Assembly (NCBI GenBank): GCA_002342545.1
Contig: DDQE01000036.1
Coordinates: 1,183 to 65,182 of the forward strand
Length of the DNA: 64,000 nt
Source: Bacillales bacterium UBA2450
GTDB taxonomy: Bacteria; Bacillota_I; Bacilli_A; RFN20; CAG-826
Reading direction: 5' to 3'
In this document: positions 57,490 to 64,000 of the stretch, one piece after another
Layout: the number at the start of each line of letters is the position of its first letter
How positions within the stretch are numbered: the stretch's first letter is position 1
Made by a program: the position numbers and the translations under genes
Notes under the pieces: generated by a model
The model's database searches: none
Seen by the model: the letters and a program-made list of their open reading frames with translations, nothing else
Told to the model about the DNA's origin: nothing

Positions 57490-58791
57490 ATGGGAAGACC
57501 AAAAAAAGTGGCTGAAGAGCCAAAGAAAGCAACTGCTAAAAAAGAAGCTAAACCTGCAAAGGCTAAGTCCGGTGCTGCTAGTGGTTCTAAGAAAAGAAAC
57601 ACCAAAACTTTAACCACATTAGCGGAAATTGAAAGCAAGCTTCTAAAAAAAGCAAAAAACAATGGGGATTGTATTGATCAAGATGAAATCTATGATGCAT
57701 TATCGCAATACGAACTTGACGATGATGTAATTGAGGATTTAATTAAATACTTCGCTGATCATGACATTGAAGTTTTATCTTCTGATGAAGATGAAGATGA
57801 AGATCTTGATGCTGAAGAAGATGAAGAATTTGATGAAAGTAAAATGTCTTTAGAAGACGATGAAGACGATTATTATGACAGCGATGAGACTGATGAAAGC
57901 GAAGAAATAGATTTTGATATCGATCATTTCGACACATCAGTTGGCAGCGACGTTAAAGTAAATGATTCAGTTAAGATTTATCTTAAAGAGATTGGTAAAT
58001 TTGATCTTTTAAAACCTGAAGAAGAACCAATTCTTGCTGCTAAAATCTTAGAAGGTGATGAAGAAGCCAAGCAAAGATTAATTAACGCTAACTTGAGATT
58101 GGTTGTTAATATTGCTAAACATTATGTTGGACGTGGTATGTTGTTCTTGGATTTAATTCAAGAAGGTAACCTTGGTTTAATGAAAGCTGTTGATAAATTT
58201 GACTATACTAAAGGTTTTAAATTTTCAACTTATGCGACATGGTGGATTAAACAAGCTATTGCTAGAGCAATTGCTGATCAGGCACGTACCATTCGAATTC
58301 CTGTTCATATGGTCGAAACAATCAATAAAATGACCAAAGTCCAGAGACAATTAGTCCAAGACTTAGATAGAGATCCAACTGCTGAAGAAATTTCTGAAGC
58401 GATGGGTGGAGAACTTACTCCAAAAAGAATTAGAGAGATTCAAAGAATTGCCCTTGAACCAGTTTCATTTGAAACCCCAATCGGCGAAGAGGATGATTCT
58501 CATTTAATTGATTTTATCGAAGATAAAGATAATGAATCTCCTGTTGAATATACAACAAAAAGACTTCTTAAGGAAGAACTTGACTCTATTCTTACGGAAT
58601 TAACAGATAGAGAAGAAAGAGTTTTAAGACTTAGATATGGTCTAGATGACAATCGTCCTAGAACTCTAGAAGAAGTTGGAAAAGAATTTGGCGTTACTCG
58701 TGAACGTATTCGTCAAATCGAAGCTAAGGCTATTAAGAAATTAAAGCATCCAACAAGACGTAAAAAATTAGGAGACTATCGTAGCTCATAA
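57490..58791 (+). CDS. sigA: Primary sigma factor with a long acidic region 1
   Basis: Region 2 reads [36 protein letters not shown] and region 4 reads [23 protein letters not shown]. Confidence 0.96.
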   Translation: MGRPKKVAEEPKKATAKKEAKPAKAKSGAASGSKKRNTKTLTTLAEIESKLLKKAKNNGDCIDQDEIYDALSQYELDDDVIEDLIKYFADHDIEVLSSDEDEDEDLDAEEDEEFDESKMSLEDDEDDYYDSDETDESEEIDFDIDHFDTSVGSDVKVNDSVKIYLKEIGKFDLLKPEEEPILAAKILEGDEEAKQRLINANLRLVVNIAKHYVGRGMLFLDLIQEGNLGLMKAVDKFDYTKGFKFSTYATWWIKQAIARAIADQARTIRIPVHMVETINKMTKVQRQLVQDLDRDPTAEEISEAMGGELTPKRIREIQRIALEPVSFETPIGEEDDSHLIDFIEDKDNESPVEYTTKRLLKEELDSILTELTDREERVLRLRYGLDDNRPRTLEEVGKEFGVTRERIRQIEAKAIKKLKHPTRRKKLGDYRSS

Positions 58792-59450
58792 TGAAATTAT
58801 CAAAAAGATTACAAGCCATTTATGATATGGTTCCTAACGGTGTCGTCGCTGACATTGGTAGTGACCATGGGAAATTAATAATTTCCTTATTTCAAAATGG
58901 CATTATCTCTAAAGGATACGCTATAGAAAATAAAAAGGGTCCATATTCCAGATTAGTGAAAGCAATTGAAGATAGTGGATGTTCTGATTCTATTGTTCCA
59001 ATGTTTTCCGACGGAATAAGTGAATTACCAAGTGACGTTGACACAATTGTTATCGCAGGAATGGGAGGTTTCAATATAATTGAAATTTTAAAAGCTCATC
59101 CATTAAAACTTAAAAATGTTAGAACAATTATTGTTGATGCTCACAATTCCATTCCAGAGATGAGAAAACAAATTTGCTATATGGGTTACATCATTGCTGA
59201 TGAAGATATAGTCAATGATGGTGGAAAATATTACGAAATCATCAAATTTATTGCTGGAGAGTGTGCTTATCTAGATAATAATGATTTTGAATTTGGACCA
59301 GTTCTAAGAAAAGAAAAATCATTAACTTTTAAAGAAAAATATCAATCTAGAATTGCCGAAATTGATAATTTATTATCAACAAAGAAACTATCTGGCGATA
59401 GAATTCTAGACCTTGATAAAGAAAAAGAAAGAATTAGAAGAGTACTATGA
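58791..59450 (+). CDS. trmK: tRNA (adenine22-N1)-methyltransferase
   Basis: LSKRLQAIYDMV...ADIGSDHG N-terminus, in the conserved position after sigA. Confidence 0.85.
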   Translation: MKLSKRLQAIYDMVPNGVVADIGSDHGKLIISLFQNGIISKGYAIENKKGPYSRLVKAIEDSGCSDSIVPMFSDGISELPSDVDTIVIAGMGGFNIIEILKAHPLKLKNVRTIIVDAHNSIPEMRKQICYMGYIIADEDIVNDGGKYYEIIKFIAGECAYLDNNDFEFGPVLRKEKSLTFKEKYQSRIAEIDNLLSTKKLSGDRILDLDKEKERIRRVL

Positions 59451-60217
59451 AAACTAAAGATCTTTTAAGAAAACTATCTAAGATGTTCCCAAAGCGTTAC
59501 GCCAAAATGAATCATGACTATGTTGGTCTTGCTGTTGGTAAGCTCCCAGAGGAAGTTCACAAAGTTTTTTTATGTTTAGATTGTGATTGGGAAATATTCC
59601 CAATTATTGAAAAAGAAAGACCAGATTTGGTTATTACACATCATCCTTTTATTTATGGTACTAAAACTCGAGTATTTAAAAGAGATCCTAGCAAAAAGGT
59701 TTTGTTCGACACATTAGCGAAGCTAAATATTCCTGTCTATAGCTATCATACGAACTTTGATACTGGATTAGGTGGAATGAATGATGCCTTGGCTAATGCT
59801 TTAGATTTGCAAGACATTAAAATAATTGAAAATTGCATTATGATGCGAGGTGGTAGACTTAAAAAGTCTATGCCTGTTGAAGAATTCGCTAAATACGCTA
59901 AAAATGCGTTAGGCGTCGATTATGGCTTGTTGATAGCTTGCGGAAAGCCTGTTGTGGAATCTGTAGCTGTAATTGGCGGTGGCGGCTCTGGGCACTGGGT
60001 CGAAGCTAAAGAAGCTGGATATGATATTTATATTTCAGGCGACGCACCTCATCATGTAAGAAGAGAAATCGTTAACGCTAAATATAATTATTTAGATGTT
60101 CCGCATGAAGTCGAAAAAATCTTTATTCCAACTATGAAAAAAATCCTCGAGGGATATGATAATTCATTAGAAATTGTGACTGTTGATCACGAAAAAATGC
60201 CAAAAGTTATTTGTTAA
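59447..60217 (+). CDS. Nif3-like dinuclear metal centre protein (YqfO family)
   Basis: The ITHHPFI motif and C-terminal ISGDAPHH. Confidence 0.85.
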   Translation: MKTKDLLRKLSKMFPKRYAKMNHDYVGLAVGKLPEEVHKVFLCLDCDWEIFPIIEKERPDLVITHHPFIYGTKTRVFKRDPSKKVLFDTLAKLNIPVYSYHTNFDTGLGGMNDALANALDLQDIKIIENCIMMRGGRLKKSMPVEEFAKYAKNALGVDYGLLIACGKPVVESVAVIGGGGSGHWVEAKEAGYDIYISGDAPHHVRREIVNAKYNYLDVPHEVEKIFIPTMKKILEGYDNSLEIVTVDHEKMPKVIC

Positions 60218-61073
60218 CCAAATAACTATATATTTCATCCACAACATATTGTGGAGTTGAAGCCCCTGATATAACAGCGGCTTTTTTCTTGCTTCCAACC
60301 TGACTAAATGATTGTAATTCTTTTAGATCATTTACCATTAAAACTAAGGCAGATGGATAATTTGATTTTGCAATTTCAAATAATTTATTTGAATTGCTGG
60401 ACTTTTGGTGACCAACTACGATAATTAAATCAGTATCTTTATCAATTTTAGTAACAGCCTCTTGTCTTAATCTGGTGGCAGCGCAAACTTCGTTTTCAAT
60501 TCTAGCGCCAGGAATATGCTCTAAAATATCGGAATAATACTTGTCCAGACTCTTATAATTAAGGGTTGTTTGATTGATTACATACGGATTTGTATCAGTA
60601 ATTAAATAGTAGTTAATTAGTAATTGTGTATCATATAATGATACATTTTTTGAAACTGATAAGGCAGCATTTGTTTCTTTATGCCCTTTTTGTCCTATAT
60701 ATATAACTTGATGACCTGATTCTATTTCTCTTTTTATTTTTTCTAAGTTACTTTTAACTTTAAAACACGTCGCATCATAAATAATTAAACCCTTTTGTTT
60801 TGCTTTTTCTTCTATAGCGTCGTTATGACCATGCGCAGTAAAGATTAATACATCTCCTGGATTCAAAGAATAGATTGCAGCAAATTCATCTTTGTCATCT
60901 AATGTAATTAATCCTTCTTTTGCTAGGTCATCAGTCAATGTTTTGTTATGAGCAAGCATTCCTAAAATATATATATTCTTATTAGGATGTTCTAATCTTG
61001 CTTTTTTCGCTATCGAAACTGCTTTTAATACACCTGAACAAAATCCTTGAGGTTTTACTAGAGTAACTTTCAT
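60207..61073 (-). CDS. ispH: 4-hydroxy-3-methylbut-2-enyl diphosphate reductase
   Basis: The PQGFCSGV N-terminal motif. 288 aa. Confidence 0.88.
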   Translation of the reverse strand: MKVTLVKPQGFCSGVLKAVSIAKKARLEHPNKNIYILGMLAHNKTLTDDLAKEGLITLDDKDEFAAIYSLNPGDVLIFTAHGHNDAIEEKAKQKGLIIYDATCFKVKSNLEKIKREIESGHQVIYIGQKGHKETNAALSVSKNVSLYDTQLLINYYLITDTNPYVINQTTLNYKSLDKYYSDILEHIPGARIENEVCAATRLRQEAVTKIDKDTDLIIVVGHQKSSNSNKLFEIAKSNYPSALVLMVNDLKELQSFSQVGSKKKAAVISGASTPQYVVDEIYSYLVNK

Positions 61074-61109
61074 GAAAATATGTTAACATATTCCAGAGGA
61101 TAGCAAAAT

Positions 61110-61991
61110 ATGGAAAAAACTGAATTATATATAGGAAGCCATGTGAGTATGAATGCTCCTGATTTTTTTGTAGGAAGCGTTAAAGAGGCAATATCTTATG
61201 GTTCAAACACATTTATGTTTTATACTGGTGCTCCGCAAAACTCTTTTCGCAAGCCTTTAAATGAATTAAAGATTGAAGAAGGAAGAAAGCTTCTAAAAGA
61301 AGCTGGTTTTGATGAAACAAAATTAATTGTCCACGCTCCATATATTATTAATGCCGCAAATTATACAAAACCAGATTTATGGGAAATGTCTATTAATACA
61401 ATTGTTAGTGAACTTCGAAGAACTGCAGCTTTTGGAGTTAAAACATTAGTTTTACATCCTGGAAGTCATGTTGGGATGGGTGCTGAAAATGGTATTTTGG
61501 CTTTAGCTAAAGCATTGGACTTGGCATTTACCGCTGACGGTACGGATGTAAAAATTGCATTAGAGACAATGGCGGGAAAAGGACATGAAATAGGAATCAC
61601 TTTTGAGGAGATTCGTTCTATTATAGATCACTGTAACCACAAGGAACGTTTAGGCGTTTGCCTAGATACATGTCACATTAATGATGCTGGATATAATGTT
61701 GAAAATTTTGACGAAATTCTTAAAGAATTCGATAAAGTCATAGGATTAGACAGATTACTAGTTGTTCATGTTAACGATTCAAAAAATCCGATCGGCGCCC
61801 ATAAAGATCGCCATGAAAATATTGGTTATGGCTATTTAGGATTTGATACCTTATATAAAGTTGTGCATCATCCTCTTTTAAAAGGCGTACCGATGATTCT
61901 TGAAACTCCTTATTACAATGAAAAAGCTCCTTATAAGCAAGAAATTGAAATGCTTAGGAGTGGTAAATTCATTAAAGGATGGAGAGATTAG
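61110..61991 (+). CDS. nfo: Endonuclease IV
   Basis: The HAPYIINAA, LHPGSH and CLDTCH motifs. Confidence 0.92.
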   Translation: MEKTELYIGSHVSMNAPDFFVGSVKEAISYGSNTFMFYTGAPQNSFRKPLNELKIEEGRKLLKEAGFDETKLIVHAPYIINAANYTKPDLWEMSINTIVSELRRTAAFGVKTLVLHPGSHVGMGAENGILALAKALDLAFTADGTDVKIALETMAGKGHEIGITFEEIRSIIDHCNHKERLGVCLDTCHINDAGYNVENFDEILKEFDKVIGLDRLLVVHVNDSKNPIGAHKDRHENIGYGYLGFDTLYKVVHHPLLKGVPMILETPYYNEKAPYKQEIEMLRSGKFIKGWRD

Positions 61992-63040
61992 AATTTATTT
62001 ATTTCTTCAATTAAAGCTTCCAGAGCATCAGCTTCTGGAACTTTTTTAATAACTTTATCTTTTTTAAAGATAACATATTCGTGATGCCCGCCAGCAATCC
62101 CAATATCAGCGTTTTTGGCTTCTCCTGGTCCATTTACAACACAACCCATAACAGCGACATGAATTGGCTTATTAACTGTTTCTAGATATTCCATGACTTT
62201 TCTAGCTAATTGTTCAACATTAACTTGGGTTCTTCCACAAGTTGGACAAGCAACTAAAGTTGGATAGTTTGGATATAGCCCACAATCATGAAGTAATTGC
62301 TTACAAACTTTAATTTCATCTTTAGGATCGCCAGAAATCGAAATTCTGATTGTGTCTCCAATTCCTTCTAAAAGCAAAGGAGCTAATCCAGCAGAACTTC
62401 TAACCATAGATATTTCTTTATACCCAGCTTCTGTAATTCCTAAATGAAGTGGGTATGGAAATGTTTTAGAAGCTAATCGATAGGCTGCAATTGTTTCTAA
62501 AATGTTAGATCCTTTCAAGGATATGACTACGTCATAAAATCCTAGATTTTCTAATATTTCAACATGCTTTTTAGCAGATGCTACTAACTTTTCTGCGGTA
62601 TATTGACTTGAATAATCATGAATTGTTTTGTCTAATGAACCTGAATTCACGCCTATACGAATTGGAATATGCTTTTCTTTGGCCATGGCGACAACTTTTT
62701 TGACATTTTCAATATCGCCTATATTTCCTGGGTTGATTCTAATCTTATCGACCCCATTTTCCATAGCGAGTAAAGCTAAACGATAATCAAAATGAATATC
62801 CGCTACTAAAGGAACAGAAATTCTTTTCTTAATTTCTTTTATAGCAGCGGCATCTTTTTCATCCATAACTGAAACGCGCATTAATTCGGCTCCAATTTTA
62901 GCGCATTCATTTATTTGCTCGCTTACAGCGAGATAATTTTCAGTCTTGATGTTACACATTGATTGAATAACAACTCTGTTTTGTCCGCCAATTGCTAAAT
63001 CTTTGACTTTTACTTGTCTAGTTAATTCTCTTTTTGTCAT
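61988..63040 (-). CDS. ispG: 4-hydroxy-3-methylbut-2-enyl diphosphate synthase
   Basis: The VIQSM, RINPGN and CPTCGR motifs. ATG 63040 is preferred because it lies 7 nt after TGcTAAAAT on the minus strand. GTG 63061 is possible. Confidence 0.88.
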   Translation of the reverse strand: MTKRELTRQVKVKDLAIGGQNRVVIQSMCNIKTENYLAVSEQINECAKIGAELMRVSVMDEKDAAAIKEIKKRISVPLVADIHFDYRLALLAMENGVDKIRINPGNIGDIENVKKVVAMAKEKHIPIRIGVNSGSLDKTIHDYSSQYTAEKLVASAKKHVEILENLGFYDVVISLKGSNILETIAAYRLASKTFPYPLHLGITEAGYKEISMVRSSAGLAPLLLEGIGDTIRISISGDPKDEIKVCKQLLHDCGLYPNYPTLVACPTCGRTQVNVEQLARKVMEYLETVNKPIHVAVMGCVVNGPGEAKNADIGIAGGHHEYVIFKKDKVIKKVPEADALEALIEEINKF

Positions 63041-63135
63041 CTTTTGTATTTTAGCACTCACTATAATAAAAATGTACTTTTATTATTTTAAGTGATGTGA
63101 TAACATAACATACGCAATTCAAGGAGACAATATCT

Positions 63136-63303
63136 ATGGCCAAAAAAGAAGATAGAATTTCTATAACATTAAAATGCACAGAATGTGGTGAAGAAAATTA
63201 CCTTACTTCAAAAAACAAAAGAGCAAATCCTGATAGATTAGAAAAATTGAAGTATTGCCCACGTTGCCAAAAGAAAACACTTCACAAAGAGAAAAAGAAA
63301 TAG
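63136..63303 (+). CDS. rpmG: 50S ribosomal protein L33 (55 aa; below the ORF-track cutoff)
   Basis: My translation is [55 protein letters not shown]. aaggag SD upstream. Confidence 0.9.
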   Translation: MAKKEDRISITLKCTECGEENYLTSKNKRANPDRLEKLKYCPRCQKKTLHKEKKK

Positions 63304-63334
63304 GGTAACACCTATTTTTATTTTATAAAAATAT

Positions 63335-63967
63335 ATGGAAATCTATAAGTTTGATTATAATCCTATCGATGATTTAGTCAGCAACACATATGTTCTTGCT
63401 GATAGTGATTTAAACTGTATCATCATCGATCCGGGAAAAGGAAATGATAAGCTTATAGATTTTATTAATAGACACAACTTAAAACCATTAGCGATTCTTT
63501 TAACTCATGGGCATATAGACCATATTCGCGGAGTTGATCGTTTGGCAAAAGTCTTTAAAGTAAAAACATATATTCATTATTTAGATGAAGAAATGATTAA
63601 GGATAGCGAGTTAAATTTATCTAACCAATTAGGAGAACCATTAAAAGTTGAATCAGACATTATCACAGTTTCTGATAATGAAGAGCTAAATCTTTTCAAA
63701 GAAAAGATAATTGTGATTCACACGCCTTTTCACACCAAAGGTAGTGTCTGCTATTATCTTCCAGAAGAAAAAGCTTTATTTACTGGAGATACTTTATTTA
63801 AACAATCGATTGGTAGAGATGATTTACCAAACAACGATAAACATCAAAGAGCGGAATCGCTCAACAAAATAAAGAAACTACCTAGCGATATAACTATTTA
63901 TCCTGGGCATGGTCCTAACACAACTTTAGAAAGTGAATTATTAAATAATCACTTTTTAATATATTAA
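63335..63967 (+). CDS. MBL-fold metallohydrolase (glyoxalase II-like)
   Basis: The LLTHGHIDHIRG motif. 210 aa. Confidence 0.8.
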   Translation: MEIYKFDYNPIDDLVSNTYVLADSDLNCIIIDPGKGNDKLIDFINRHNLKPLAILLTHGHIDHIRGVDRLAKVFKVKTYIHYLDEEMIKDSELNLSNQLGEPLKVESDIITVSDNEELNLFKEKIIVIHTPFHTKGSVCYYLPEEKALFTGDTLFKQSIGRDDLPNNDKHQRAESLNKIKKLPSDITIYPGHGPNTTLESELLNNHFLIY

Positions 63968-64000
63968 TAGTTTGGTATAATACCAAAGGAATTTAAAGAA

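Overview
AT-rich (about 30% G+C by eye) bacterial chromosome segment using the standard code: TGA is a stop and Trp is TGG. It is almost all housekeeping, mostly on the + strand. Gene order matches the Bacillus-type comE-holA-rpsT, lepA-hemW-hrcA-grpE-dnaK-dnaJ and ybeY-cdd-era-recO-glyQS-dnaG-sigA-trmK-nif3 blocks. This points to a low-GC Bacillota or Mycoplasmatota-like anaerobe (Erysipelotrichia or Acholeplasma-like); I cannot name the species. No rRNA, tRNA, CRISPR array, transposase or integrase was recognised. Several small accessory insertions break the core. (1) 15.2-17.5 kb holds a divergent P-loop kinase next to an overlapping gene pair: a DUF3990-like protein with PARP-like HGS/GFY motifs, and a DUF3791-like protein carrying an XRE helix-turn-helix. 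The pair has a duplicated palindromic operator on its own promoter, and I rate it the best candidate for an undescribed toxin-antitoxin or defence-type module. (2) 22.0-24.5 kb holds an orphan secreted protein between duplicated terminators, then an AAA+ ATPase with a C-terminal PD-(D/E)xK motif boxed in by 112-bp direct repeats built from 49-bp hairpin units. (3) A glycosyltransferase gene is bounded by a 28-bp duplication of the lepA promoter. Other points of interest: a 47-bp promoter module with a perfect T7GCA7 palindrome shared by comEA-comEC and an ABC-less C39 peptidase membrane protein; a PD-(D/E)xK nuclease fused to an XPD/DinG-type Fe-S helicase; a Fic-fold protein with a degenerate active site; a stand-alone adenylation-carrier didomain protein; an RNase J with degenerate metal-binding motifs; and a recurrent TATAAT-N6-8-start-codon arrangement at 10 or more genes, suggesting widespread leaderless mRNAs. 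All homology calls come from motif recognition by eye and none was database-verified.
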